Positions 1 through 14,220 of a stretch of DNA of 64,000 nt are shown here, piece after piece. Under the pieces are notes generated by a model. The model was not told where the DNA came from. It saw only the letters and a list, made by a program, of their open reading frames with translations, and searched no databases. The stretch is from the NCBI GenBank assembly GCA_026026165.1, contig JAPEUD010000032.1, positions 1 through 64,000 of the forward strand. Direction: 5' to 3'. The position numbers and the translations under genes were made by a program. The DNA is from Sarea resinae. Taxonomy: Eukaryota. Each line of letters opens with the position of its first letter. Position 1 is the first letter of the stretch.

Positions 1-132
<132 letters not shown>

Positions 133-1856
133 TCCTCTTATACGGCCGCGCTTAGTGGAGCGAGGCTGCAGCCCATCAGGCGCGTAGATAGCGTACGAAA
201 TGACGGACTCCATATCGAACATGGCATTCCCAATACCAGGCTTTATCATGTCCGTGACTAGGTGGTGGCGATGCCGTGTGATATGATGCTGCGGATGTGA
301 TTCCATGCGCGTTGATAATCGCCTATGACAGGAGAGAAGAAGAAAAAATATGTCCCTGAATTGAACTGGGGGGTGGGCTAAGACAGTTTTGAAGGGAGCT
401 CTAACAAAAGAAACCCCCCAAAAAGGGGGAGGGGGGGGTGGGGGGGTGTAACCGATGATCCTGATGATGATCTAGGACGTCATTCTAAACCATTTCTCTT
501 CCTCCCCTTCTTAACAGGGGAAAAGGAAGGAATCAGATAGAACGAACGTGATATAGTGTTATAGTGTTTTGTAGTGTTTTAGTCTAGAAAAGGTAGGTAG
601 TAGGTAAGGTATGTAGAAGGATACTAGGGCAACAGTATAGATTAATATAGATAGATAGTTAGGTAGATAGATAGGTAGGTAGGTAGGTAGGTAGGTAGAT
701 TAGGTAGGTTAGGCAGGTCAGGTAGGTCAAGTAAGATAAAGTCATAGATGCACATAAGAGTTCTTTTAAAGTCTACTCACTTACTTGGTCACTTGGTCAC
801 TTGGTCACTTATTCACTCCTTTACTCACTTACTTCCTCACTGAACTTACTCGCAGTGACTCTCATCCTTGACTCTCAATTCTCGATTCTCATTCTCATTC
901 TCTATCCAGATCTAAATATCCCGCCATCGTTTGGAGACTTGGAGACTCGGATTCCGATTTCGGATTTCGGATTTCGGATTTCAAGATTTCAGGATTCCCA
1001 TTCGAGATTTTGATTTTCCGGTTTTCGGTTCCTGATAATACGTGATATTGCTTGCTTGCTTGCTTGCTTATTCCTCCCCCGCCCCCCTGCTTCCCCCCGA
1101 TTCCTCCCCCCCCCGGCCCCCAATTTTTCCCCTTCACTCGCGCCTTTGATTTCTCGTTTGAGTTTCCTCCTCTTCGTTGGACAATTCTCCTCGGACCGCT
1201 GGCGACTTTGCGATCGGACTTGACTTGACTTCCCACCGCTTTTTTCTCTCGGCGGGAGTAGATGATAACGGTGATAATGACAAGAACAAGAACAAGAACA
1301 AGAACAAGGACGAGAACAAGGACGAAGGACAAGGACGACGATGAGGATGAGGATGAGGACGAGGACGAGGACGAGGAGTTATTGGTGGCTTGCATTCACG
1401 AGCGAGATTTTCTGACATTTTGAAATCTGACATTTGACATTGGAGCATTGAGTTTTGAAGACCGAATTTGGAGATTAAGACACGTACATATATGGATATA
1501 GAGATATAGGGATGGAAGACGGAGGACGGGAGAGGGAAAAAAAGGAGGATTTGGGCTGGCTGGGTGCGAAGCTATGAGGCTGAGGTTGAGGTTGAGGTAG
1601 AAGTACGCTACTGCTACTACTACGGCTATGGCTATGGCTATGGCTATGGTAAGCGTGCACGAGATGAGACGAGACGGAAGAGAAGAGAAGAGAAGAGAAG
1701 AGAATAGGAAATTGGCGGGGATGATGGAGATAAGTATGAAGAGAGGAACAAAGACCAAAAGGGGGATTGTAGGGGAAAAGGGAGAACAGAAAGGACGAGA
1801 AAAGATGGCAAGAGGGGAAGCGGGGGTGATCGGATTGGGTTGGGTCATCGAGTCGA

Positions 1857-4007
1857 CTAGTCGATCTTGATGGACCCGTAAATCTTCTGTACGAAGCCCC
1901 AGCTGGCAAAGAAGCCGATGGTTCCTGACGCTTCTGTTAGCGAGGACTCTTTCATTCCGGTCATAACCTCGTTGAGAAAGGTTGGGGTGAGGGGCCAAGC
2001 AAAAGAGGGGAGGGACATGAGACATACCAGTCAAGATGAAGAACAGAAAGCTGATCAACGCGCTATAGCCGACATACAAAACACCGCTTGTGGCGCTGCC
2101 AAAGCTCAACTTGCTGATCCAGTAGAGTAGCGCGTTCGCAAAGACATAAAGCGCACTGGCTCCTGCGGTGAAAAAGGCGCGCCAATGCCAGTGGTAGTTC
2201 TCCGAGCACAGCAAGAAGTACACCATGAGAATCGTCACGGCCGCGCACGTGATGATCATCAGGCCGTAGCAGATAAAGAGGAAGCCGAACATGTAGTAGA
2301 ATTTCGACGTCCAGATGCTGTTCATGATGAAGTAGAGCTCGACGAAGATGGCGCCAAAGGGGAGAATGCCAACGAGGAGCATGCTGGGGATCGGGCGGAG
2401 GTAGCCGGCGCTGGGAGGGATTTGGCGCGGGATCTGATTCGTGCGGACGGGAGCTTGGATGGCCTGAGAGTAATCATTAGCATTGATCGGACTGAAAGTA
2501 TTCATGTACTCACAGGTTGCTTGAAGCCGACCCAGCTGCCGAGGAAGCTCAGAGGAACGCTGATAACAAACCAGATGGCGACGATGACGAGCATGGTCGT
2601 AAAGGGAACGGCACCGCTGGATTGCTTGGCCCAGAGGAAGAGGTTGAGGAAGAAGAACACGCTGAAGACGATGCCCGGGACCATGAGGGGCGTCAAGGCA
2701 ATGTTTTGCTTCCAGGCCTCGCCACCAAAAGACTTGTACACTCGTGATGACACGTAGCCGCCTACGAAGCCGAAGAGCGTGTAGACGATCACCACAAGAG
2801 TGCCGAGCGAACCACGGGACGAGGGTGAGAGAAAACCGAGGAGTGCGAAGACTGCGGCTTGTTAGTCGAGTGATCCGATATCGGAATCGAGGCACTCACA
2901 GATGGTAATTGCTGTCATGACGAAAAGCTGCGCGCCGTTGCCCAAGAAGACACTCAGCAGGAGCGGATATTTGGGCGAGCGGAAGACATCTCCGTGCACC
3001 AATTTCCAGCCCGAGTCTTCTTGCACGCCATCCTCTATGGCAGCAGAAGTACCAGATAGATCATCGAGATTGAGTTGGTCCAGACGATTATATCTGGCAA
3101 TATCCTTCCTCAATGCCCTCAACAGGATCATTGCCACCATTCCCGTCAGGAAGACCACAATGACGGCCGAGTTGATCAATGAAAACCAATGAATCTTCGG
3201 GTCGACGACGTGGAGATACTTGTCCCATCGAGTCGCCCACGGGGTAGCAGACGGCACCCAAGTGACACTATAAGTCCACGTCACAGGCGTCTCCCCAGTC
3301 TCCACCAGGATCAACGGCTCGGAATCGTCGCCGCAGTCCGCTTTTCCGTCGCCCAGATTCTTAGAGCCTTTCCTCGAGGAAGGTGATACCAGAACCCCCA
3401 CAACTCGAAGATCGCCTGAATTGGCCTTGTGGTAGTCGATCTGAATATCGAAATGATTGTTCAATTGCGGCTTTTCATCCACGATAGACCCCAGGGAGAA
3501 ACCATGGCTGTAGAAGACGGTATTGGTGATCGGGTCAAGGATACGCTGCCCTGCCGGCAACCCGTCAATCAACCAGTTGAGATTGAAGCTCTGCCATATC
3601 CGTCTATTGATAAACTTGGCGCTCCTCTGATCGAACTTTTTCTCCTCGCATAGTGCCTTGCACGTCTCATTCTCGGCCATATGCAGCTCAAATGGCGACG
3701 TGTATATCCTGTCCCCAAACAGAATACTGCCCAGAGACTCCGACACCGATTTCGGGCCCCCCTCGGGCCGACAGAAGTGGAATGCTGGATGGTAGTAATC
3801 GAAGGCGAAGGCTGAGTGAAGCTGGTTGTCCTTCACAGACATCGAGGGAGTGAGATGGTTGACATTGAGAGGGACCCGAGACTTGGGCTTGTATGACGTT
3901 GGAGCAACTCCTGGAAGATAGAAAGCCGAGGATAGTGATGGTGCGAGGAGGACAAGGAGAAGAGTGCTGAGGAGGGATCCGAACGAGGCTGGATCTTGTA
4001 ACCGCAT
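1857..4007 (-). CDS. EMP70: Transmembrane 9 superfamily / endomembrane protein 70 (multi-exon)
   Basis: Signal peptide then FYLPGVAP, IHWFSLINS, EDSGWKLVHGDVFR, GILPFGAIFVELYFI; last exon ends GFVQKIYGSIKID* (stop 1857-1859). Confidence 0.93.
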
Positions 4008-4684
4008 CGCGACGGTTGTCGTCTTCCGACCTACGAGAGCATCCCGTTAGAACTGATCAAGAACCTTGGATATGCCTGCACGATGTCCGTCATTGCTATG
4101 CTTGATGCTAGATTGATGAAGCTCTGCGACTCGAGACGGGGGATAAACACATACGAAGCGCGCCGCGTTAGTCTTCGATCACCGTCGCCCCGAGACGGGA
4201 TATCGTTGTCGAGCGTTGCTCCAGCGCACCGCAGGTGTCTCTCCAGAGAATGGAACAATCAAGAAACAGGATGGACGCCAGAGAAATATGTTAGGGATGA
4301 GGGGTAGGATAGAGGTCAGTAAGCAGGGAGGGAGTTGTTGGTGAAGGTGAAAGTGAAGCCGAAGCTGCTGAAGCTCGCCAGATGCTGGAACACTGTAGTG
4401 TGGCTGTGGCGGGCGCCGGTGTTAAGACGACGTGAAGGTAACGAGTACCGGAAGATACCACTCCGGAAGTAGAGAATGCTGGGACGCAGGATGTACACCT
4501 AAGAGCACTCGACTTCACTGCCATCCGTATCCGCCGCCCTGCTACCTAGCGATACTTTCCCCTCGGTACTGGTGCCGTAAGCGGCTTCGTCTCACTCGGA
4601 GACAAAAATAATTTCAATTCAGTATATCGCCAACTCCAAACAGTCAATCTCCAAAACCCTCCTTCTCGATCATCAGCCTTCAAC

Positions 4685-5890
4685 ATGGCCGTCGACGCAT
4701 CACTCCCCGGCCTCTTAACCTCCCTGACCGCCTCTATAAGCTCAGCATCTACATCCCTCCCCTCCGTTTCCGCCATCGTCCCCCCAAAGGACGGCATCTC
4801 CCTCCTCGACACCAAAAGCGAGCTCCTCCTCTCCTACCTCCAGAACCTCGTCTTCCTCATCATTCTCAAGCTCCGAAATCATGCCCAGACGGTCGGCACC
4901 GCAGACCGCGTCAATGGCGCCCAGGAAAAGGTCCCGAACGGGAAAGGCGGCGCCACCGAGACCCAGCTTGCTGACGAAGTAGTCAAGAAACTCGTCGAGC
5001 TGCGCGTCTACATCGAGCGAGGCGTGCGCCCGCTCGAAGGCCGACTCAAATATCAAATCGACAAGGTCCTTCGCGCGGCCGACGACGTCGCGAGATCGAA
5101 CGCTCAGAAAGACGCTGCAGCCGCTAATGGCACGTCGAAATCTAGCAATGCCACGGGCGGAAAGGACTCGGAAGAGGAGGAAGAAGAAGATGACGACGAC
5201 GACGAAGACGACGAAACCGCCGCAGGAGCAGGAGACAGCGCAGCGAAAATTGACGACCTTTCCTACCGTCCCAATCCCTCCTCCTTTGCCCGGCCCTCAT
5301 CCCACGCTGCCTCTACCACCCAAACCTCTGCCTCTACAGATGGTATCTACCGCCCGCCGCGAATTACGCCGACGGCGCTTCCTACCACTGGCGGCCCCGC
5401 CGACCGCGCCACGGCCCGCGCAGCACGGCCCCAGAAATCCGCGACGCTGGACGAGTTCATCTCGGCGGAGCTGTCAACCACACCCCTCGCAGAACCCAGC
5501 ATTGGAAGCACGATCGTGTCGGGCGGACGACGCAGCAAGAGCACCAAGGAGCGGGCGGACGAGGCCGAGCGCCAGGCGTACGAAGAGTCGAATTTCGTGC
5601 GCCTGCCCAAGGAGAGCAAGAAGGATCGGGCCAAGAAGGGCGGGCGGAAGAGGGAGAACGGGTACGGTGGGGAGGAGTGGAGGGGTCTGGGAGAGGGCAT
5701 CGAGCGGATCGAGAGGCTGACGAGGAAGGGCAAGGGCGGTGGCGGTGGTGCCGGCGGCTTGCTGGAGAGGAGTCGCAAGAGGGAGAGGGACACGGTCGAT
5801 GGTGCGAGAGGCAGCGGGGCTGCTGCCGAGGGTGCGGGCGAGCGCTTCGAGAAAAGGAGGAAGATGCTTGGAAGGCGGAACAGGGGATAG
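4685..5890 (+). CDS. LCP5: U3 snoRNP protein Lcp5/neuroguidin (Sas10/Utp3/C1D domain)
   Basis: GISLLDTKSELLLSYLQNL, ERGVRPLEGRLKYQIDK, YRPPRI, YEESNFVRL; 401-aa intronless ORF. Confidence 0.88.
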   Translation: MAVDASLPGLLTSLTASISSASTSLPSVSAIVPPKDGISLLDTKSELLLSYLQNLVFLIILKLRNHAQTVGTADRVNGAQEKVPNGKGGATETQLADEVVKKLVELRVYIERGVRPLEGRLKYQIDKVLRAADDVARSNAQKDAAAANGTSKSSNATGGKDSEEEEEEDDDDDEDDETAAGAGDSAAKIDDLSYRPNPSSFARPSSHAASTTQTSASTDGIYRPPRITPTALPTTGGPADRATARAARPQKSATLDEFISAELSTTPLAEPSIGSTIVSGGRRSKSTKERADEAERQAYEESNFVRLPKESKKDRAKKGGRKRENGYGGEEWRGLGEGIERIERLTRKGKGGGGGAGGLLERSRKRERDTVDGARGSGAAAEGAGERFEKRRKMLGRRNRG

Positions 5891-6269
5891 ACCGTTCCCT
5901 CTTCCTATCTTTATGTGGCACACTGTTCCGGGAATTCCAAAATAGATCGAATATTACTTTTCTTATATCCAACGTCAAACGTCTCTGCTCTTCGACCTCC
6001 GAACAACTTGTCCCCTCCCATAGACTTCCATCCCCCATCTTCGCACATAAAATACATCAATCAACCCAATGACATGGTCTCAGTCTCCATCCCTATGCCA
6101 CCAAATCCCCTCTTGAAATAAACAAAAAGACCTCCAAATCCAATATTTGCCCCGTGACTCTAGGACGCCACGCCAAGAAACAACACAGAAACTCGAAATA
6201 CCTGCGCCCCAACCTCGTACCATCCAACCAGCCAACCAACCAAGCGAGTCGGCCACAACGATATCCGGC

Positions 6270-8156
6270 CTACATGCCTCCAACAGCGCCCACAGGTCTA
6301 GCCCCGCTCAGGTTGATCACCATACCAGGGCCGAGTCTCCCAACGGCGGCGCCCCCTCCTCCTCCTCCCCCAAACACGCCGCCGCCTCTCCCACCACCAC
6401 CAACGATATCCTCATCTCTCTTCCACCCGGGAACGCTCTCAGTCTCACGCCTACTGACGACCTCCCACACGTTCGGCCACCCGCCACTGAGCGCCCCACG
6501 TTCCTTGGCCCCGCGGATTGCAAACCGCAGCTGCCGGTGCGAAATAAACCCGTTCAGAAGGCCCTGGGAGATCAGCGAGGACAGCACGGCTTCGATCTCG
6601 GAGAGCGAGGGTAGGAGCGGCTGCTCCTGGTCCTCGGATACGTCGGTCTCCTCGGAGGGAGGGGGCAGGTCCGGGTCGGTGTAGGACGGCAATGGCGGGG
6701 TTGGGGCGCGGGAGGGGGGAAAGATGAAAATCGAGTTCGTGTGCGACGAGCCTGGCCGGGCCGCTGCTGCTGTGTTGTTGGCGTGATCTCTTTGGTCTGG
6801 AGGGAGCAATGCTTTCTTCTCCAGGAATCTCGCCAGCGACACGAAATCTTGTAGATCAAACGTCGGTGCCTTTCGTTCTCCTGGAGCGCCCTGCGAGCCT
6901 GCGAGGAGGAAGGTTTTGCGCGCTAGAGATCGCCAGACCAGCACTTCGCATCTGTTGCGTAGGGGCAGGAGGATGCGTTGGCGCACGAACCAATCCGTGT
7001 GTGGGCCGTCAGGCGTATCGAGTAGGTCGCGGAAGGCTGTTAGGTCCCCCCGTGCGATGGCGCGGCAAAGGGGAAGGAATTTGGCGTCGAGGCCGGAGGC
7101 TTCTGGACGAGCGAGCAGAGCCCGTGATGGGAAGCGGCCAAGGATAATGTTGGCGGTGATGAGGTAGGGGAGGAGCCGTGTGCGTTGCTGGAGGCAGCGA
7201 AGGTGGCATTGGTCGTAGGCGGCTTGGAGGGCCAGCTGAGCTCGGAAGAAGTGGTTGTTCAGAAACATGTAGCGGCCGAGATAGTAGAGGTAGGTGACGC
7301 GTTGGGAGGCGGGGTAGAGGGATAGCGGTGGCGAGCCGTTCTGAATGTTGGCGAGGATTTGCTCCGCGCTGCGGATTTTGTCGCACTGTGCGGGTGTCAG
7401 CCCTGGGCTATTAGGGTAAAACTCGTACGGATGGGCTGACTTCAAAGTATAATTTCAGACATAGATTCGCAATCACGTAAATGCTAATTTTCTTCCCCTG
7501 AGGCTTGCCATCTGGGCCGACTCCTGATGCGCTGGCTGTGCGATCATTCAGGCAGGCGCTAAATGCATCACGGAGGACGTCGGCTGCGGTGTCTACCAAG
7601 GTTGATCGGGAGCCCCCTTCATCTGAGGATTGACGCTGTTTTAGATGCGCGATGAGCTCGGGCTTTTTGTGGAGTGCGATGGTGAGTTTTGTCAGGGTGC
7701 GCGAGAACGCTATGACGGTTGGGAGGATTATCACGCCCATGGTCGAGTTGCTCAAAGCATTGACGCTTTGCCTTGGGAGAATTAGTGGCCATTTTGGCCA
7801 ATGGAAACAGGGCGCACTCACTTCACCAAGCTCCTGAGTAGTTCAAACGTCTCCACCAAGTCCTCAGTGTTGACGTCCCTGATGAAGCTGAAGTACTGGC
7901 CCATGAATTTGACAAACGCCGTCCACGAGCTGCCGTCATCTCTGTCTTCCAAGTCGGGTAGCGCATGTCGGCATTTCTGTTGCAGCGCATCTTCCCGGCC
8001 TTTCGGAAAGGCTTGGTGGAACTCCGAAACCATGACCGCATAGAGCTGTGGGAATGGGGGCTCAATGACCAGAAAGTCCTGCAATTGGACCCCATTCTTC
8101 TCTCGCAGGATGCGTGCGATTTCGGTCAGAAACTTGTCGACTGTCGGGGTAGCCAT
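6270..8156 (-). CDS. PCI-domain protein, Csn12/Thp1/PCID2 family (multi-exon)
   Basis: ANLCLKLYF, YPASQRVTYLYYLGRY, EIEAVLSSLISQGLLNGFISH; three ORF segments joined by short introns. Confidence 0.8.
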
Positions 8157-8861
8157 GGTAAGCTACTTTATCTCGATCGACTTGGCCTCAGGCCCGCAAG
8201 CTCTCTAGAACAGCGAGGGCGCACGAGGAAGAGGCGCTCTGCTCTGTTTTCCTGATGCTCGAAAGAGTCCGGCCCTACTCTGACATGGCCGACTGTAGGA
8301 AGGGATCGAGTCCACCAGCCTCAAGGATATAGCAATTGCAAAAATGTGTGACGGAGCCAGTGAATCAGTGGAACAACCTATTCGAGTCGTGGTCGAAGCT
8401 CCAGAAAGATGGCTGACTAATATTCACTGATCCCGCTTGAAGGAGATTAGATGAGATGATATAAGATAAGATATTGAGATCAAGCTAGTCCCGGATCTCT
8501 CAGGCGTTCCCTTGCCGAGGGTCTCTAACACTCGATACCGGTAGTGATAGACAGCGGTGTACCTCGCACCTGAGGGGGACTCTCCCTCACACTGATCGCG
8601 TAGTCTGATGGAGAATACCTCAAGTACCATAGCCAAGGAGATACTTCATGGAAGGTACTGCGAAGTACGCCCCAAGTCCCCCACTGTATCGGACATAATC
8701 TCTTAGCGCCGATTGTCTCCGTGTGCACGAGAGATCGACGGAGGAGAGCTACCGGAGTAGTAAGCTATGCAAGGTGGGTAGGGAGGGTATTTAAAACGGG
8801 TGATTGCACACCTCGGTCCATTCTCGATCAAACTTCATCCTCTTCACAATCATCACTCAGA

Positions 8862-10144
8862 ATGTCTGCTCAGCTGAGACCCCTCCCAGAGTCGGTGGCC
8901 AAGTCCGTTGCGAACTCGAAATGCGAGTATCGTCGACTGGGCAACAGCGGACTTCGCGTCTCTGTCCCGATCTTTGGAGCTATGAGCTTGGGGTCTTCCC
9001 AATGGCTTCCATGGGTCTTGGACGAGGACAAGGTTAGTCTCTCCTCTCCTCTCCAGCGCCCGAGCCAATACTGATGTGACGGATAGGCCGTTCCTTTGCT
9101 GAAAGCCGCATATGATCGAGGTCTCAATACGGTACGTCCCCCTTTGCGCACGATCTAGGGAGGGTACCTGACCCATGCCCATAGTGGGATACCTCTTGCA
9201 ACTACTCCAATGGCGTATCCGAAGAAGTTATCGGCAAAGCTCTGAAGCAATACAATATTCCCCGCGAGAAGGTTGTGCTCCTGACCAAGTGCCATGGCAT
9301 GGTCAGCGAAGAAGTGACCGACTTTCCTTACTTCAGAAACGATGTGTACAGGAATGCCAAAGACTACGTCAACAAAGACGGTAAGCCTAAGCCGCGTGCT
9401 AATACATGGGTTCTCAGCAGAAATCTGACCAAAATTTGCAGGTCTTTCCCGGATCGCAATCTTCAACGCCGTGAACAATTCGTTGAAGCGCCTGCAGACC
9501 GACTATATCGATCTCCTCCAGATCCATCGTTTTGACTACAACACGCCCATCGAAGAGACCATGAAGGCTCTGCACGATCTCGTCGAGAGCGGCAAGGTTC
9601 GCTATATTGGAGCCAGTTCGATGTGGGCGTTCCAATTCGCCATGATGCAGGCTGTTGCGGAGAAGAACGGCTGGACCAAATTCATCTCGATGCAAGGTCA
9701 ATACAATCTGCTCTACCGAGAGGAAGAGCGTGAGATGAAGAAGTACTGCGATCTCACGGGCGTGGGCTTGATCCCCGTAAGTGACTCTCGTCTTGTGTTA
9801 TTCAGGCGTTAACATGACTTCAGTGGTCCCCACTCGCCCGCGGCAACCTCTGTCGTCCACCAGCCGAGTCGGGAAAGACGGAAAGATCCAAGGGAACCAA
9901 GCTGGAGGGTACCAGTCTCAAGATCGTCGAGCGTGTTGAAGAGCTGGCCAAGAAGAAGGGCTGGACCATGACGGATGTGGCATTGGCGTGGGAGAACAAG
10001 CGCGTGTCGAGTCCCATCATCGGCTTCTCCAGCGTGAAACGGATCGACGAGGCCATTGCCGCGCGTGGGAAGACGTTGACGGACGAGGAAGAAAAGTATC
10101 TCGAGGAACCCTACCAGCCCCAACAGGTCAACGGCCACTTTTAG
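8862..10144 (+). CDS. Aldo-keto reductase (aryl-alcohol dehydrogenase-like), multi-exon
   Basis: [64 protein letters not shown]. Confidence 0.9.
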
Positions 10145-10823
10145 GTAGCCTTCTCTCATATGGAATTGCTCATCCTGGCGCTGTTGGCTCGCCTCGAGGA
10201 CGAACCCTCATGCAATCTCAAAAGTACTTGTATATGCCGTGCCATGTGGAGTGTCGATGCTTGCACGTGTGAGAAAAGGGGGGGCTATCATGCCCCTCCA
10301 TGATGGCCTACCTACGTAAGGAATGACGCTACCCCGAGTACGATGGATATAGTAAGGTACTAGAGTCAGGAGTAGAGCAGCGGTCTGAGGCCTCGGCCCC
10401 CGTCCGGACAGCTCTCGGCTCGGCTCCTCGCTTGCATCGATCCAGGAACAGGAACAGGGAGAGTGCGAACGTCAGAGCTGGTAACGGTTGCGTCCACCTC
10501 ATACATGACATGCAATGACCAGGAGTTCAGTGATGCTCAGTAGTGCGAAAGGGATGATCAGCATCGAATATCCGTTGGTGACTAAGCGCACGCACAACGC
10601 CCACCTGAGGTGTCGCTCTGCCTATCAGTCCCTCCGTGTGAAGAGTGAGAGCGCATTTCGTCATCGCCTGCCTATTCAAGGTTCCCAGTTCCATTCGTGA
10701 TAAATACTCGTACACAACGACAACCACCACCACCAACCCTCCCTGGCCTCTGAACCTCATCATCACCTGACCTGATTTCCTCTTCGCTCTTGGAGAGCCA
10801 TTGTGTTGTGCGTCTTTCTCACA

Positions 10824-12472
10824 ATGGATCAACTATCGCACATCGTTCAATATCTGTACAATCATCCAATTCTCTGGGTGTACCAGCTGATTCAATGGCT
10901 GCTGGACAAGCTGCTCTCCCCCGCCCCTCCTCCGCCAAATGCCACTCTTCGAAGACCGAAAATCGCCGTCATCGGTGCAGGTCTGACCGGCGTGTCTTCG
11001 GCGGCTCACTGTGTTGGTCATGGATTCGATGTGACCATCTTCGAGGCGGGCGGTCGCGATAATGTCGGAGGAATCTGGAGTGTGAGTTACTCTGCACCAA
11101 TTCCTCCCCCGGGAGCGCTTGACTGATTTCCTCAAAGCGTGTGAACAATACGTCTGGCCTGCAAATCCACAGCCTGATGTATCGCTTCCACCCGTCGGTC
11201 CATTGGGAAAAGGGCTATCCGAAACGCGAACAGATCATCTCACAGATCAGGCAGCTCTGGAAACGATATGGCTTGGAAGACCGCACCCAATTCGATACCC
11301 CAGTCAAGAAGGTCTATCAGGATGAAAAGGGCAGATGGATAATCAATGACCCCTCGAATGGTAGATATGAGGGAATCATCGCTGCCATTGGTACATGCGG
11401 CGACCCCAAGATGCCAAATGTCCCAGGCCAGGAGAACTTCAAAGGACCTATCTATCATTCATCGAAGCTTGATGGGAAGGACGCAAAGGGCAAAGAAGTC
11501 ATTGTCATCGGAGGTGGAGCGAGCGCTGTTGAAGCTCTAGAGTTCGTTGCCGCACAGGACGCGAAAGCCAATATACTTGTGCGGGTATGTCCTGGTCCCC
11601 CTGATGATCCATCCCTTTAGCCGTTTTTCTGACAGCTCCCATAGTCCGAAAAATGGATCATTCCCCGCAATCCTCTCATCGAGATTCTCCTCGCCTTCAA
11701 CATCTTCGGTCAAGAGACACTGTTTTCCTGGATTCCCGAACGCCTCCTCCGCATCTTCTTCTACCGTGACCTCTCCGATCTCTCTCCTCCTACATCTACC
11801 GGTCTCTTCACTGAAACCCCAATGGTCAACACCGACGTCCTCGAGCTCGTACGGGCCGGAAAAGCGAAATGGCTTCGCGGCGACATCAAAGGCTTCACGG
11901 AAGACGGCATGCGCTTCAACTCGCGCGCCCAAGGCGTACCCAAGGGTGGCCCGGGCAAAGAAATCTTCGTCAAGGGCGACATCTGCATCATGGCGACGGG
12001 GTACCAACGGCCTTCCCTCTCTTTCCTCCCGGACGAAGTCTTCGCGGAGCCGTACGCGCCGCCAAACTGGTATCTGCAGACGTTCCCGCCCTCGCACGTG
12101 TCCGTGTGCGCGAACAACTGCACGTACGTCAACGCCATCGGCACCGTCGGCAACTACCACATCGGCATCTACACGCGCTTCCTGCTCATGTTCCTCGTGG
12201 ATCCGCTGGCGCGGCCGCCGGCGTTCTGGATGCGCCGCTGGATCGACATGACGCGCTTGCTGAAGGCGGCCGCGCCCGGCGGCGCCTTTGACTTCTTCAC
12301 CTACAGCGAGCTCATCTGGTGGTTCTTCTTCGTCATCGTCATCAACCCCTTTCGCTGGAAGTGGGCCGCGTTTGTGTTTTTTGGCGTCGGCGCCGCGCTG
12401 CCGCTGGGCGTCGTCGAGCGCGAGCATCGCATCGGCGACAAGACGGGCGTGCATGCGAAATCGTTTTTCTAG
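10824..12472 (+). CDS. Flavin-binding monooxygenase-like protein
   Basis: FAD motif VIGAGLTG, GGIW, FKGPIYHSS (FMO-like fingerprint), NADP motif IGGGASA, MATGY. Confidence 0.85.
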
Positions 12473-12908
12473 GTCCGGGGCTGGATGCTCCATCGGGGTT
12501 TGTTTGTTTGCATGGATGGCTGGATGGATGATGAATGTCGAGGGGTATCAGAACCAGGAAAACTAAATCCTACCGTACTTGATTCCTCAGGTAGCCAGAT
12601 AGCTAGCCGGCTAGCTACAGGAATGCATAACGAATCTCAATGACCATCGTAAAAACAATGACCCCTTCACTCAGGATACCATGTGCGATGCCATGGAAAT
12701 CTCTTCTCTTCTCTTCTCTTCTCTCATCTCAAAGGCCCACCAGCTCAGGCCATAGCATAGCTATAGCATAGCATAGCATAGCGCGTACGTAGTTATCTAG
12801 ATAGACCCCGCGACCCATACAGGCTCGTCCGAGCCTTGTCGACCAGCTAGCTATTCGTGTTGATTTGGTCGGTGGAAGCCATACACATATGCACATACAC
12901 ATACACGC

Positions 12909-12959
12909 ACATACATACATACATACATACATACATACATACATACATACATACATACA
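12909..12959. repeat. (ACAT)n microsatellite
   Basis: Tandem ACAT tetramers, read directly. Confidence 0.9.
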
Positions 12960-13422
12960 GACGCCTGGGACGTCTTGTGTTGTGTTGTATTGTGTCGTGT
13001 TATGTTGTTTTTTCTTGTCTTGTTTTGTCTTTTCTTGTCTTGTCTTTTCTTGTCTTGTCTTGTCTATGGCTGAAAGCGGAGTAGGCGTAGATGTAGAAGT
13101 AGAAGGGAGGAAGGTTGGGGCAAAGTGGGGTTTCAACGTTCTGCGCGGGGTTGACGTCTACTGGGACTCTACTGAGACTCTTTCTCGAATCAAAATTCCG
13201 GAGAAGGAAAGAGGGAGAGGGGAGGGGGGAGGGTTTCGCGCAAGCTTGAATTTGAAAGTTTGTATTTTTCTTGTTCTTGATGAGGCTGGCAAAATATGAG
13301 GCAAAAGGATTTTGCTATTGAGGCTTTTCAGGAAACGCAGAGGTCGTAAATTCATGAAAGAGCAACGGCTGTCTGCAAGGCAACGCCACGCCACGCCACA
13401 CAACACAACACAACACAACAAA

Positions 13423-14220
13423 CTAACCCAACGGCATCTTATTCGGCGGCAAAACCCTCTCCTCGGCCCACGACACGGGCCAGAACAGCAGCGCCAACAG
13501 CGCACTCGCCAGCGTGCCGACCACCTGCGCGACAAATACGACCGCCTGGCCCACGGGCACGAAGAAATCGGCGAATTTGAAGATCTCGTTGACCTGGTAG
13601 AGGTCGTTCTGGCTGCTGATGAGGTATTTGCCCGTCGGCTTGTCGCGGGTCAGTTGGAGCACGGTGACGAGCTCGACGTGGGCGCGGAACCAGGGGAAGA
13701 TGAAGATGCGGAAGATTTGCGAGAGGCTGACGTAGAGGCGGAGGGTTTGCGCGTCGTAGGCTGGGTGGGCGTTGGCGAGGAGGGGTTAGTGAGGGTTTCC
13801 TTTTTCTTTTCCTTGCGGCTGGGCTTTTGTGTGCTGTGTCGACGAGGGAGAGATGGATGGAGGCAGGAAGGTAGAGAGGTAGGCTGGTAGGCAGGTAGGT
13901 ATTGAACTCACCCACTGAGCTCACTTCCAGCTCGATGCGCGGGCTCATGATCTTGTACCAGCGGTAGATCATCCAGATGAACCATCGCGAATTGACCGTC
14001 GAGTTGGCGAAGCTGCCGGTGCGACAGAGCGGGTGCGTAAAGGAGGCCGAGGGCGTGAAGTAGGTCTCGATGGTTGCGCGTTGGACGGACGGCGGCGTCT
14101 GTGTGAGATGCTTGATCACGTCGGGGACCTCTTTCACTAGATGGCTTTTTATTAAATATTCACACGCAATCCCCGAACGGCGAGAGCGGGAGAGTGGTTG
14201 TGTTTACCTGGATCCTCCAT
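13423..14220 (-). CDS. Conserved fungal protein, probable NTF2-like fold
   Basis: Spliced MEDP|VKEVPDVIKHLTQTPPSVQRATIETYFTPSASFTHPLCR...IYRWYKIMSPRI...YLISSQNDLYQ; resembles a conserved fungal family from recall. Confidence 0.7.

Noticed and set aside
801..1856. Low-complexity ORFs downstream of EMP70
   Set aside because: Translations of simple repeats; the EMP70 last exon stops at 1857.
8862..12472. AKR and FMO-like genes as RiPP tailoring enzymes
   Set aside because: More than 12 kb from the first oxidase and separated from it by PRX1 and other conserved genes; no linking evidence.
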